Origin: Trichosphaerium sp. ATCC 40318 | Taxonomy: Eukaryota > Protista > Tubulinea | Reading direction: 5' to 3' | Assembly (NCBI GenBank): GCA_038496445.1 | Contig: JALMLS010000253.1 | Location: 1-64,000, forward strand | Length of the DNA stretch: 64,000 bases | Shown: positions 37,241 through 50,712 of the stretch, piece by piece | How the letters are laid out: each line of letters starts with the position of its first letter | How positions within the stretch are numbered: the stretch's first letter is position 1 | Made by a program: the position numbers and the translations under genes | The notes under the pieces: generated by a model | What the model saw: only the letters and a program-made list of their open reading frames with translations | Database searches by the model: none | What the model was told of the DNA's origin: nothing

Positions 37241-39404
37241 ATGGAACCTCCTACGAAGAGACAAAAGCTTGGTAATGATGTGCCACTGTATGTAGATGCA
37301 TCATCCGAGGAAGAAGAGCTAAACCTAGCCATTGCGAAGTCATTGAAGACTTATAAACATGAAACTGGGAAAGAAGTGGTTCAAAGTGATGACAACGCTG
37401 TTTTAAATGGCAGAACCGATTTATACGCCCCACAAACTACATATTATTTGAATTACCTTCCAGGTTATCCCGCCACTTTATCAGGTTGTTAATAACGCGT
37501 TTGCAGGGTTTTCAACAAAGGCGAACGTGCAAAGTGTCAAAATATCAACGCTAATTGGCGTACGTTCCTAGAACGCTCTCATTACTCCTAAATGAGCGTT
37601 AGTATGACGCTAAGCGCATAATTCTCACCACATACAAACTTGAATTAGAATGGCTATTAAAACAGGTTAAAACACATAAAGCACATAGTATACGCGTGTT
37701 AATAGGTTATTACAGTGCCCAGAATTAAAGAAAGTGCAGACAATTATTTTACACGGAGATCAGCATTTCTCTTACAGTGTAAGTACTCGTTTGATGTGGT
37801 CGGTCTGATTCCAGCGTCTTAGGGTGGTAGGATAAAGACAATGATAATAGGAAAACCAACAATGTTTATCCCGTATGGGATTAACCACGGGAAGATAATG
37901 GTTATACGTACGCCCATTTAACGAGAGTATACGAATTGATTTTTGAATGACACATGTCAACTTATAAAATGACTTTTTACTTCAACCACCTAAAGTAACA
38001 AGATTTATAGATTACCCACATAAACTGCGTGTAGTTGTATCTACTGCTAACCTTATATCAGTGGACTACGAAAGAAAGACAAACGTACGTAATAAGCTAT
38101 ATCACGCGTACACTTTGATTAATAGTGAATAGGGAATTTGGGTTCAAGATTTTCCACGAATACAAGAAGGAGTACCACGATTGAGTACTTCATTTCCAAC
38201 TATTGCCAAGGATTTTTCAGATACACTCAGGGACTATTTGGATAATATTGGAGCACCAACACAGTTCCTTGAACGTTACGATTATAGTAATGCAAGAGTT
38301 ATCTTGCTCTCTTCTATTCCAGGGCAAGTATTTTATTATGTTTTATTTCTTTGTTTGGACTTCGTGAGGGTTTTCATTTTACACTTTATACTTAATTCTT
38401 GTTGCTTATTACAACATAATATGGCTTTATGCTGTGCTAGTCTTAGCACTCTGTTAATTAATTATGTGTAGGTATCATACAGGAAACAAGCTGAACAAAT
38501 ATGGACATATGAAAGTGCGAAAGTGCTTGAAATCTATGGGCTATACAATACCTGATTTCTCAGGTGTACCGCTGAATGTACAAGTAAGATCATCTATTTA
38601 TTATTTTCCTAACCCAGCAAGCGAATAAAACGCATTGAACTAAATACCTATCTTAGTGTTCATCTGTTGGCTCTTTGACTGAAAATTGGCTAATTTCAGA
38701 GTTTGCCAAAAGTTTCGGTATGTACCTTTGACACTTTCTTATTTGAATTAAACATTCGGTTCTATGTAGCTGGTAAAGATACAAGTAAACAAGAGGTCGC
38801 ATTTATTTGGCCTGACGTCGAGTTTGTGAGAGTACGTTATCAGAGTTTCGTTTGTTCAAAAAAAGTTATTGACAGTTGCCTTTAGGAGTGTTGTGATGGT
38901 TATAGCGCTGGTGGATCTCTTTGTATGACAAGCAAGAATCTAAAACAGTTGCTTATAGATCGATCCTTTCTTTATAAACCAACACAAGGCCGGGAGAGAG
39001 TCACACCTCATATTAAAACATACACAAAATGCAAAGGATCAAAGCTGCCTTTTGTAGTTCTAACAAGTGCTAATTTGTCTAAAGCTGCTTGGGGAAACCT
39101 TCAAAAGTATGTCAGCGGAACGTTGTAGAAAGATATGTTCATTTTCTTACCCTTGTTTTTTAGGCAAGGCGAACAATTGATGATCAGACATTACGAGTTT
39201 GGTGTCATGTTCTTGCCGCATTTTACATCAGATAAAGATTTTACTTGTGGACAATCTTCGGCGCCTAAAGAGGACGTTATAACGTTTCCAATACCTTATA
39301 GATTTCCTTTAACTCGGTATGGTAAAGTAAATGAGCATTGGACTTGGTCTAAAGCACATACCCGCCCAGATGGCTTTGGGTCACAATGGGAAGCTATTTC
39401 GTAA
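37241..39404 (+). CDS. TDP1: Tyrosyl-DNA phosphodiesterase 1 with N-terminal NLS and UIM-like helix
   Basis: Two HxK motifs (YGINHGKIM..LRVVVSTANL and PHIKTY..LTSANLSKAAWG), plus GIWVQDFP and IRHYEFGVMF. Confidence 0.93.
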
Positions 39405-40119
39405 TGTTATGTAAAGGTTGTAAGTAAACATCTTTACAAAACCTGTTTCGGGGAATATGTTTTCTGGTATGCCTGTACTACGGTGTCTTGTAGAGAATAC
39501 AATAGAATTTACATCTAAACGATCCTGAAGCACGTGACACGCGATTTTTTTTAAACGGTTTTGTACGTTTCTTATTAATAAGAAAGCGGTACTTTTTAAA
39601 CGTACGACAGCATGGAGCGATAATTATAAACCAGCTATAATTGTGCCGCACAACTGTTATTCACATATTTTTTGGTAAAAGTCACGAAGCGCTCCGGAGA
39701 AATACATGAAAACGTGTAGTAGTAGCTATTGCAGGGCGAGCCACAGTATGTTTCATGTCTGTATCAAATAATACTATCAGATCCCGCTTGAAGGTGGATC
39801 ATTAATAGTTTCATGAGGTGACATACCGCTTGTTATACCAAAGTCCCCAAAAAAATTCGGAACGTTTGCACTTATAAAAACGCGCTGTGACTTTTCAGTG
39901 CACAAAAATTTATGAATCACAACGCCACGAGCAAAAACACAGAAAGCTGTGCGAAACACAGTTTGTTAATACCTGTAAAGCAATTTCTCGTACCTTCCCC
40001 AGATAGTGTATAAACGCGATTAGACTACAATGGAGCGTCACTGTAGACAAGGCAACTTATTCAGCTAATCAGTCTAAGTGATGGACGATGCTTACCACTT
40101 TCACAATAAACACTTCGCG

Positions 40120-41073
40120 ATGGCAACAACAAACTGCTTGATGTACTTCCTACTCACAGCTTATATCTGTTTGACTCTAGCCTCGATACATTCAACCAAA
40201 GGCACGTTACAAGTACGTAGTCTATTCAAGCTAATCACGTGATAAGCGGTAAAAGATGATCCCGATACCGTCACCTTTCCAGGAAAGGATACACCTGGCA
40301 TTTCAGCATCTTGCAAAGCAGCCTTTTCAGTGCGTTATACCTAAGTGTGCTATCCTTCGTTTATATTCTATTGTGTAGGCAGGAGAAAACGACAAATCAT
40401 TCAACGACACTGTGAACGCATACAAAACAAAAATGTTCTCAGACATTTCTACGGTATGCTCATTCCTGCAAGTAGATTTAGTAACACTTTTTCCTCAAGT
40501 GCATAGCTTCACACCAATCAGGTGGTAGTTATACATGCACATCTAAGGCTACTGACCAATATGAGACTGCATGTAAAGCGCGCAAGTGGCAGATGTGTGA
40601 TGTTGAAGAAAAAATGTCCATTACTTTCATATTTACAGTATCAGGTACGCTCGTTCGACAAAACCCTGGCACTAAGGCTAACTTTATTCGTCAGCTACAA
40701 GCGTATTTTCTGTCTGCACTCCTAAAGAATGTTCCAATGGCCCTGATAAAGACGCAATCACTAAGTCAATTTTGGCGGTACCCAACATCAATGACTTGTT
40801 CTATATTTTTTTTAATGTGTTGTGAAGGAATGTAAGTCAAATATTGGAGCAAAATGTAGTTTAAAGTACAAATGTGGTGGGCTGCCTACAGGCATGCTTA
40901 TAGGTATTATTGCGGGATCTGTTGCTGGTGTTATCCTCATCATTGCTAGTACGTCTTAAAAAGCAACACACGTAACTGAACGTTCCGTTTTTCTGATTTT
41001 TTCTTCTTTAGTAATTGTTGGTGTTGTGATTGTTGTGCGTAGAATGAAAAAGCTTGAACCAGAGTATTCATAG
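40120..41073 (+). CDS. Cys-rich type I membrane/surface protein
   Basis: Signal peptide (MATTNCLMYFLLTAYICLTLAS), Cys-rich ectodomain, TM segment IGIIAGSVAGVILIIAIIVGVVIVV, then RRMKK and a short tail. Confidence 0.7.
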
Positions 41074-41404
41074 AGCACCTTGTAAAAATTCATTCTTATC
41101 GTAATAAACTGTGTTTAGACTTCATGTATTGTCAAGTGTATAATCTCTAAGGTTCCAAAAGAAAACGTAAACGAACATATCTTAAAAACTAGCTTGAGTG
41201 TTTCTTACATCACGTGTTAGCAAATAAGTTAAGAGTCCGTTGGTATCGTATACGGTTCCACCTCACTCCGACAGCGAATGTGTTTCTATAGTTCTCAAGT
41301 AACTGTCCACCAAGATAAATCACATGGCATGTTTTATCCCTTTAAAGACTATATGGCGTTTGCACAAATACTTGATACACTGTTGGGTTTTTTTAATACT
41401 GTTG

Positions 41405-43217
41405 TTACATGTGTTCAAAATACATTAATAGTCCGTCTTCTGGTAATACTGGTATGAGAAGACTGGCGTCACTAGACCAAGGAGACCCATTCGGTACTTT
41501 TGAATGAGATTGTAATGTAATGTGATCATTCAGTGATGAATTATCTTGAAATTTTTGATTACAAAACAAACATTCATTTTCTGCTACTTTTTTTCGAATA
41601 AAATTTATCATCTTTATGTACCCATAGCTGTCCAGCCCTGGTACCAAGATTTAGGTTTATGTATCAATTCATATTGTATATGTCGTACCTAACGATTTTA
41701 CTGTTGAAGAAAGGTCAAAACAATGAGTTAGGCGCATATGAGTAAGCGCTTCATCTACAACAAAGTCAGCTACAAGTTTTTTTTCAAACAAAAAATAAGG
41801 AAAAAAGGAGGATAATTTCATTAACTCTTGAGGTTTTATGAAATCCTCTTGAATATTAGATGAATGTTATATATGCTATTAAAATTTTGGTATTCATTAA
41901 TGAATGAATAATTTGAAGAGTACACTCACCTATATTTACAAAATTTTCATTACAAAACAAACACTTTATTGGTGATGCTTGTTCCTCTTCCCACTCTCCC
42001 CAATCACCTTCTTCGCCATCGCTATCTTCCTCATCACCTTTTATTTCTTGCCAATGTCTTCCTATACATAGTTTAAAAATAAAACGAATTGCATAGCTAC
42101 AAATGGTGTTACCTGGCTCCAAATGATTTACCATATAAAATCTATCATACAATTTATTAGAAGCATTTAACCGCACATGTTTCTTCTTCCTCATGTGACT
42201 CTTTAACACTTTATAATCTCTAAAAACATGTTCGCAATATATACACTGTAACCTAAACGTTAAGTCAATAAGAGCTCTAACAAAAACTTGCAAACTATGT
42301 CAAAAAAAAGCAAACTAAAGGAAAACCTTAAAAAACATAAGTCAACGTCAAGTTGTATTTTGTTTCATGCTCAATCCTTGCTTGTAAACAAGCAAATATT
42401 ACTATTGTTGTTGAAACAAAAACACTTGGAAGACAAATACTTGTAGACACGTGACTTCAAAAGGTGACAAAAAAACTGCAAAAAAACCCCCATACTTGCT
42501 GAGTTTGTATTGCAACACATCAAATAAAAGGTTAACATCAACCAAATTATGAGGATTTCCAAGATTAAAGTTATGTCTCTGCTTAAGATGTGAAAAGTAT
42601 GATTTGTGGCTATCACCAACAAACTCACAAAACAAGCACTTTCGCGAAAACGTCTACAAAAAAAATGAGAAAATGTGAAAAAAAAATCTGCACGTGCTGC
42701 AGCTTGTTCTTGCTCTTGGTGCTTTAAAAGCTTTGTCAAGTTATCCAACTTTACTTTTTTACGTATTTCTGCATCTTTTGAGCTTGTGTCAGGTGATAAT
42801 ACTGTTTTCGCTTAGAGATAATTAGTACGTACTTCTATTGCGTTTTTTCGCTTTAAAATATTGTATTTAGCATAGAGCGTACATTTTTGAGTTCCTTGAG
42901 TCAGAGTACACTGCGTTTCGTTTAACTCATTTTTCCATTGTTTTATATACCTAAAAGCCGTTACAATTAGTCACTCGCGCGTGTACATACGAATTAAAGT
43001 CAGAAATTTCACGAGGTCTCTCAATAATTGTAAAATGAGCTTCTTTCATATGCTCTGTGCATTGTGTAATTTGTGAAGGTGGTAACGGTGCGGAAAATGT
43101 AGCATTGCAGAATAAACATTCAGTTGGTTGAATTTTTAGCTGTGGATGTGGCGAAATCGTCTGTACAACCATAGGGAATTTCTTACGCCCAGACTGCCGC
43201 TTGGCGCCTTCCGCCAT
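41405..43217 (-). CDS. ZNF277: Zinc finger protein 277 homolog
   Basis: LQCIYCEHVFRDYKVLKSHMRKKKH..YDRFYMVNHLEPG..W, acidic W-x-E-W linker, LDSYGYIKMINFIR and LIPVLPEDGLL. Confidence 0.9.
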
Positions 43218-43343
43218 TTGCCGCTGCGAAAGTGTCAAATCAAGCCCTGAAAAAAGTGGACTTTACGCGTTCTGTACTGGCTCATACACCTCGAAAAACA
43301 TGGCCTACAGTATCATGATACCTACTCAAGGTTATACTGTGTA

Positions 43344-44531
43344 ATGTCAGATCTATTCGTGCGGCTATTGAGCCACGCAGAAAAAGTACGTTAAACACAT
43401 ACCAGTTAGCGTGAAATACTGTTTTTTAAAGCGTAGAGAATGTATAAGCACACTTTTAACTCAAATTAATAGACTGTCACTCAAGCATCAATATCAACGC
43501 GCCTGGATAGAGTATTCACGTCATTAAAGCGTAACGCATCAGAAAATCCCAATTCTGTGTTAAAAAGCGAGACAGGGTACCACAACCATGAAATTGACAA
43601 AGAAATAACCCATAGATTAGATTTTCGTTAAAAATACAGGATTCGATAATAAAGGAAGCTGGAAATGGTAATTTTGTTTTATGACATTTTGACACTTTTT
43701 TTTTGACATTTTATGAACAAAATTTTTAGGGCTTTTCTTGAACGGTAATTGCCGACAAGGCGACGTTGTAGGGATATACCCTGGTACAAAAAACTTATTA
43801 CTAGATTTTTTTAACTGCTGGCAACAGGAACTGTTTATTTCTCTGTTGATCCAATTATGTTTCAGAGTTTCAGTAACAGCTACATTGTTCGAAGAAAAAA
43901 CGGGGTGCGATAAGGCGATATCAACGCCTGCGACCTTCAACAAAATTACTCACAATGTTCGTGTAGGTTTCTGTTGACGGTAAATACTACGGATTATCTA
44001 AGATATTATACAAATCACTTGCTGGTAGGTATGTATCTACAAGGTGATTACAAACCTGTCTAATACAATTCAAAAAAAATAGACAAAACGCTATACCTCA
44101 CCAATACTGTGATGAGAGTTGGATAATTCCTCGGTACACAATAAATGGTAAATCACGTGATAATTTTTATGTTTACTCGAATATCTTTCAAACGTTCAAT
44201 GTCATGTGACTTTTTTTTGTAGGTATAGATTCATTAAGGTGTCCATTAAATACTGGGCAACTCATAAATCATGCATCAACAGGATTTGAGGCAAATGTGA
44301 CGTACTTTGAGTACACTTTCCCAAAAGATTTTGATGATACCTTACGTACATTTATTCCAAATACGTGTTACCAAGCAATTGGAGTATCCCAAGCACCTCT
44401 CCCGGCAATAGTAATGGTAGCACTGAGGGATATACAGAATGAAGAGCTCTTCAGGTACGTCCTCTGAACGAGTTAAAAGCCTAAACAAGAAGAGTAGTAA
44501 TTACAATATGGTTGCTGTCAGCAAAACTTAA
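43344..44531 (+). CDS. SETD9: SET domain protein, SETD9-like; start uncertain
   Basis: SIIKEAGNGLF..GDVVGIYPGTVY..PIMFQSFSNSY..VDGKYYGLSK..PLNTGQLINH..ANVTY..IPN..VMVALRDIQNEELFSNY parallels the SETD9 family. Confidence 0.82.
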
Positions 44532-44716
44532 TCAGGCTGATTCTTGAAGAAAAAACCCTTCAAGATCAACAAAGCTCGTTTCGGAACTCGCTAGGCTAAG
44601 ACATAGATTGTAAACGGCAAAGTTGGTGTTTATCTGATTCTTGATGTACATTAATAGTAATTTGATTGTATTACGCTACTTTTGATAGTTTGCTGGCGCT
44701 TGGAGTGATAATGAAT

Positions 44717-45016
44717 TTACTTTATTTGTGACAGCATCTTTTTACTCATTTCAGCGTCAGAATGGGCGAGCGCCATATAAGCACGATGTAGAAGCATGTG
44801 TATTTTATATGAGTCAGTTTCGTGCTTGTAGTTCCTTTTCTACGTTAGGCTGAATTTATAATGCCAGTCTTACCTAAAATCTGCCTTCACACGCGCACGC
44901 ATCCAATCTTGACCTGCTTTGGTGGGTACATTACGTTTTGCAGCCCATAAGCATAAACGGTACATTTTTAGGACATCTACCTTGCTGGCAACCTGGGTAG
45001 CAACCTGAGAGGCCAT
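44717..45016 (-). CDS. LYR-motif (Complex1_LYR) mitochondrial protein
   Basis: VLKMYRLCLWAA..RVKADFR/NYKHETDSYKIHMLL, with one intron. Confidence 0.8.
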
Positions 45017-45277
45017 TGTGTGGAAATAAAAACCTGCGTTGACTTGTATTGTTGTCTGTGGCGTCACTTTCGTATTTACCTGGTTGACTGATGCGCTAGT
45101 ACTACCATGAGTGCACGGTAAGCAAAATAAATTACTACATCCTAATAACCGACCCACAGTGTGTTAGCGCATCACGCACAAAGGCACAATTACAGAACAG
45201 TGCGCCATGACGACAATAAACACACCTTGCGCAATAAGGCACTACATTTTGACGCTACGCTTTTTAACATAATTATG

Positions 45278-46115
45278 AGCAGTTATTCCACGCGAACGTC
45301 AATGATGTAGCGAAGCAAATGGGTGTTAAAGATTTAGAGGGATGGTATTCAATAAAGGGAGCTCCAATACACTTAAATAACACCCTGCAGTACGATAAAT
45401 CGTATAAAACCGCTATTTTAAACTGACAGTTAAAAAGAACAAATGACACCGGCTCTCTGTACAATGTCTTAAAAATCACGTATCCAAACTACGGCTGGGA
45501 TATTACACAGTTCAAGTACGCGTTGAGACATATCTATGTGCTTTTTTTAACTGGCAAAACAGACGAAAACCAAAGCATTTTTGGGACTCTAAAGAGCATC
45601 AAAGAGAGTTTCTTGACTCCCTTGGTAAGACCAATAATTTTAAGACATTTGATCAACTAGAAACGGCTGATTACATTGCAAAGAAAGCACAAAGTATAGT
45701 CAAAAGGTAGACAGCAAATAATTAAAAAAATGGCATTAACTTTTATCTTAGATACGGAACAATGATAAATGCTATTCGTAAGCTCTATCCATCAACACAA
45801 CAAAAAGGAATATATTGGTCACTACAACCAAATCAAGAGTTATTTTTAACACGTGTTAAAGTAAAATACAATTTAACAGAACCATCCATGTGGTACAACA
45901 TAACTTTTTTAATCTAAAGCCAAATGACATTTGACATTCTCATTTTTTTCCGTTAAATATATAGGTACCGTATTGGTCATGAACAACTTCTGAATTTTGG
46001 AGCAACGCACAGAATGCTATCTTATTGGCCTTATGCTCTTAAGGCAATATTACCACAGTTTGAATGGGACTGGAAACAGTTTAGTATAGCACAGACAAAG
46101 TGCGCGAAACAGAGG
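45278..46115 (+). CDS. Hypothetical Trp-rich helical-repeat protein; ends uncertain
   Basis: Spliced units KDLEGWYSI..GSLYNVLKITYPNYGWDITQF..PKHFWDSKEHQREFLDSL, repeated degenerately (YGTMINAIRKLYP, EPSMWY, LPQFEWDW). Confidence 0.55.
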
Positions 46116-46289
46116 TAAGTTTGTTTTTTATTGCGTAAATATTAAAGCTCAAATTTTGACTCATAAAACGCCGTAGGTACCTTCTACAATGTGTTGATAA
46201 AATGTATAAAGTATAGTTGTAATAATAAAACATACAATATCTAAATCCATACTGATACGCTGTGTTCAACACTTTTATTTTATGTAACA

Positions 46290-47158
46290 TAAAATGTATA
46301 AATTATGATCCATCGCTCCTCTGATGCCAGTACCTTTCATTTTTGTACTCATCACAACAGAGTTTTCATACCGTCTGGTAGAAAGGGCAGCATGGCCACG
46401 CTAATAATCTCATTTGTTGACTATTCTAATTGTGATTGTCTCGCCTGTGGCGGCTTCGCTGCGAATGATTTTGCTTGTGAATTGTTCGCTGTTTCGTATT
46501 GCTCCTTGTTTCTTGTTAAACGTCAGCGTAACTAGCCGTGCGACCTATCAATACGACAGTATCGTCATCTACCTGAACAGGTTGTGTAGCAGACTTTGAG
46601 ACATCATTTATTTTGGTCATTAACGTAATTGCTTCAGTGGCACAAGAAGAGACTGTCAACAATGTTTTACGCAGTTTGGTTACTTCAGTTTTAAGCTCCT
46701 TACACTCAGCAGTCACTTCTGAATACTTTCGCTTCAAACCACGCGCTTCATCTAGTTCTCGCCTTTGCTGCTCGTTTTCTGTCACTAATTGTTCTAGAAT
46801 TGTGTTCAAGCTTTCGTTGTAGTCCTCCTATAGCACGAATTAGTCGTGAAGACATTTCTAAAAATTAGCACTGTTAATTCGATGTATACGCCGACAAGGG
46901 GGCCGTGATCTATTGCAACGGGTATCCAGTAGCGACCCGGCCCTCTATTGCCGTACACACGAAATAACGCAAAGAGTTTACCCTCACCTCTCTATCGCAG
47001 CGGGTATCCAGCCGCAGAGAAGTTTGAGTAAACCCTTCTGGTGTTCCTTTTGAGAAAACGGTACGTGCCTGTTTTTCCGCCAAAGGTCTTGTAAGCGCTC
47101 TAACACGATCGCGAACGACTTTGGCGAGTGTGGGTTGCTTATTTACAGGTTGCGTCAT
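46290..47158 (-). CDS. Hypothetical coiled-coil protein; ends uncertain
   Basis: ORFs 46516-46809 (heptad-like LEQLVTENEQQRRELDEARGLKRKY) and 46910-47212 lie on the same strand, separated by intron-like DNA. Confidence 0.45.
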
Positions 47159-47252
47159 CGCTTGCCGCCAAGATGGTGAGATTATTAATTTAACAATAAT
47201 TATTTTGACCAAATGTTGCTCTAATTTTCGTTGTATTTACATAAACGGCATT

Positions 47253-48813
47253 ATGAGCAATCCACACTTTGTCACTGGTCTTGGTGTTGCCACTACAGGT
47301 TAAAAAAAAAGTGTTAATGATGGTAACAAAAATTTAGATATGATGGCTTATGTAAGCTCGTATCCCGCATCTGACGCTAAAGTGAGGACGAACAAGCTTA
47401 CAGTTACGATTTAACGACAGAAAATAAGCTAAACGGCTCAGATCGCCCCAGGAGGTAATGTATGGAATGGATTAGCTACATTAAGTACCTACGGCGTAAA
47501 GGCAGGTAATCTCGTGAAGCTATAACCGAACTTATGTTAAACTAGACAAGACTCATTACAAAGGTTGGAGGAGACGCTAACGGTGACTTTGTGCGTAAAA
47601 CAATAAAAGAGGAAGGCATCGATGACACGTTCGTTGTAACGAACGACACAGGCAATTCTTCATTCACGTACATGTATGTAATAGTTATCTTACATCAAAA
47701 TACTGAAAAAACCGCCACTAGTATAGTAGACGAAGAAACAAAAACAAGAACTTGTATTTTTACACCAGCAAAGTGTCTTTCAAATAACGACATTAATGAC
47801 AAATGTCTTGATGACACTTCTCTTTTATACATGGATTCAAGAAACCCAGAAGCTATAGAAAAGGTATACTAGTAGTATGTACAAGTTTAGCCACTTGTTG
47901 ATGAGCACTAGTCAATTTTCAAAGAACACAAAATATCGTTGAAGTTTTTCTAAAAATTGTCAGGTTATCGGTCTAGCATTCGCCCGTAAGATTCCTATAC
48001 TCGTTGATATGGAGAAAAAGCGTCCTATTACAAGTGTAGTGATACGTTCCGCTACTTACATTGTCGCTAATTCGAACTTTACTGGATTGTACACCAAATC
48101 TGATGACATTCTTGTTGGCTTGTCACAAATTTTCAAAGAGGCGCCACTTGCCAAGTTTATTGTTGTTACACTAGGAGAGAAGTATGTATTATAATACTCC
48201 CTTCATAGGTTAACTCATACATAATAGAGGGTCCATACTTGTACAAAAAGTTGCAAAGAAGTCCGTTATTGTTGCTGAATACAAAACTGTTTCGTCATTT
48301 GAAGAACTACAGAATCATCTTGATACACGTGACATATCTATGTCGAAAGAAACATACTACAGAGATGCTATAACATACTTCAAGTAATATTTTATTCTTA
48401 CTATTGTAACCTAACTTGTTATCTTAAGGTACACTTGTGGTGAAGAATTGTTAAGTATTATTCATTGCAGTGCTTACCCAATTCCTTCAAAAGATATTGT
48501 GGATACTACTGGAGCAGGTGATATTTTCATAGGATCTTTAGCGTTTTGTGTACTACAAGAACGTAGCTTGGAGGACACATTAATGTTCTCAAGTTACGCT
48601 GCAGGTACATGTTTCTAACACACGCGAAAAAGTTCTTGTCAAAAAAACGTATTTCATAGCCCGCTTACAAATAATAGGATATAAATGTACAGTATCAGGT
48701 GGTGCTCATAAAGGTATGATAAAATAAAAGAAGGTTTATGTTTAACGAGATTATAATTATTGTTAGGTATTCCTGACCTCTCATCATTCCCTTTGGAGCT
48801 TCTCCCAAAGTAA
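47253..48813 (+). CDS. pfkB/ribokinase-family carbohydrate kinase
   Basis: Motifs GLGVATTD, PGGNVWN, KVGGDANG, IVVTLGEKGS and VDTTGAGDIFIG. Confidence 0.92.
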
Positions 48814-49173
48814 GAAAAAAAACAGAACAAGCTTCGAGTGCACCTCTCGCAAAAAGAAGTTTATTGTACAAAGTACTTTGTAGTTGTTAAATTTCCACTT
48901 ATAGTTCCTTGTAAATTTATTTACGCGAAATTTGTCACGTGGTAGAAAAGTTAGCACAGCGCAATACCTTTGTCTGTCCGTCAAGGTTAATAGCATTGAC
49001 GCTAGCTCAGCGTTGATACGTTCATCCGTCGCTAGTGTTTTTCACCTTCGCCTGTAGTCATCAAGAGATTTTTTCAAGCTTTTGAGTGAAGGCAGTTGTC
49101 AACTAATTTCTACTTGGCTAAATAGGTTAAAACGTAGCTATACGTCCGGACAATATTAATAATAACGTGCTTA

Positions 49174-50712
49174 ATGTCTACTACTACTGTAGAATCATCA
49201 AATTTGAGGTACGATAGCCATTTATTACGCTTATATTCTTACAGCATCTTTAGAGCGAAATTAAGCATATTAGACCTACCTGCAGAGATTTTAGCAATAA
49301 TATTGTGCTACACAACAAAATCACGCTACGCAGCTTGCCAAACATGTACTATCCTTGCTTCTATAGTCCATGATATTATAGGATATCACAGCGTTTCAAT
49401 CAAAACACCTTCTCAAGCAAACGCGCTTTTAAAGCATTCCAGCACTCTAAGGAACACAAAAATCAAACTTTCTGGTGATGTCAATTGTTTTATCAAAGAT
49501 TTCTCTGGCGTTCACACGATAGACCTCGGAGACACTCAAGTAAATGATGAAGGTATTAAATACCTTGCTGGTGTTTATTGTATTAACTTAAGTAACACTC
49601 CTGTCACTGATGAGGGCGTCAAAGCATTGAAAGGTGTTCATACCATTAACCTTCAGGGAACTTCAGTTACAAATGAAGGCGTAAAAGCTCTGAAAGGCGC
49701 TCACACTGTTGACCTTTCTGATAACTCTGAAGTTAGAGATGAAGGTGTAAAAGAGTTGAAAGGTGTTCATACTATAAGCCTTTGGTGTACTTCAATAGGA
49801 GATGAAGGCGTCAAGGCATTGAAGGGTGTTCACACTATAGACGTGTCTTTCACTTCAGTTACAGATAATGGAATTAAAGAATTGGCTGGTGTTCACAGTA
49901 TTATACTTTGGTACACTTCAGTGACAGATGAAGGGGTAAAAGCGCTAAAAGGAGTACACACTATTGACATTTCTAACAATCTAGCAATAACTGATAAAAG
50001 CATAAAAGCACTTGCTGGTGTTCATACTATTAGATTAGCAAGTACATCAGTGACAAACGAAGGCATACAAGCATTAAAAGGTGTACACACAATCGATCTG
50101 TCTTCTACCTCTGTAACAGACACTGGCCTTAAAGCGCTGTCTGGTGTTCATGATATTAGTATTGCTCATACTATGGTAACAGATGAAGGGTTAATAGCAT
50201 TACAAGGTGTTCATACAATAGACCTTACAAACACTGAAGTTACAGACAAAGGAATTTCAATGTTAAAAGGCGTTCATTGCATTGACCTGAGTGATTGTAA
50301 GGGAATTACAGATAAGGGCATAAAAGATTTAGCAGGAGCTCATTCTGTTTACCTTAATGACACCTTTGTGACAGATGAGGGCGTTAAAGCTTTAGCAGGT
50401 GTTAAGTGTATTGACCTTTCTCGAACTGCTGTAACGGATGTTGGCATTGAAGTGTTGAAAGGTGTTCATTCGATTTACCTTGAGAGCACTCAAGTGACAG
50501 ATAAGGGTATCAAAAATCTTAAAGGTGTTTATATGATTAAGCTTAACAATTGCAAACTTATTACAGATGAAGGTGTCAAGTCACTTGCTGGAGTTCATAC
50601 TATTTATCTTCAAAACACTTTAGTTACAGATGAAGGAATTAGAGCACTCAAAGGAGTACATAAAATCGATCTTACCAATACATCAGTGACAGAGGAAGGT
50701 GTATATTCATGA
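49174..50712 (+). CDS. F-box + leucine-rich repeat protein (19 repeats of 21-22 aa)
   Basis: F-box ILDLPAEILAII followed by repeats of consensus LKGVHTIDLSxTxVTDEGVKA. Possible 36-nt in-frame intron at 49209-49244. Confidence 0.92.
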   Translation: MSTTTVESSNLRYDSHLLRLYSYSIFRAKLSILDLPAEILAIILCYTTKSRYAACQTCTILASIVHDIIGYHSVSIKTPSQANALLKHSSTLRNTKIKLSGDVNCFIKDFSGVHTIDLGDTQVNDEGIKYLAGVYCINLSNTPVTDEGVKALKGVHTINLQGTSVTNEGVKALKGAHTVDLSDNSEVRDEGVKELKGVHTISLWCTSIGDEGVKALKGVHTIDVSFTSVTDNGIKELAGVHSIILWYTSVTDEGVKALKGVHTIDISNNLAITDKSIKALAGVHTIRLASTSVTNEGIQALKGVHTIDLSSTSVTDTGLKALSGVHDISIAHTMVTDEGLIALQGVHTIDLTNTEVTDKGISMLKGVHCIDLSDCKGITDKGIKDLAGAHSVYLNDTFVTDEGVKALAGVKCIDLSRTAVTDVGIEVLKGVHSIYLESTQVTDKGIKNLKGVYMIKLNNCKLITDEGVKSLAGVHTIYLQNTLVTDEGIRALKGVHKIDLTNTSVTEEGVYS

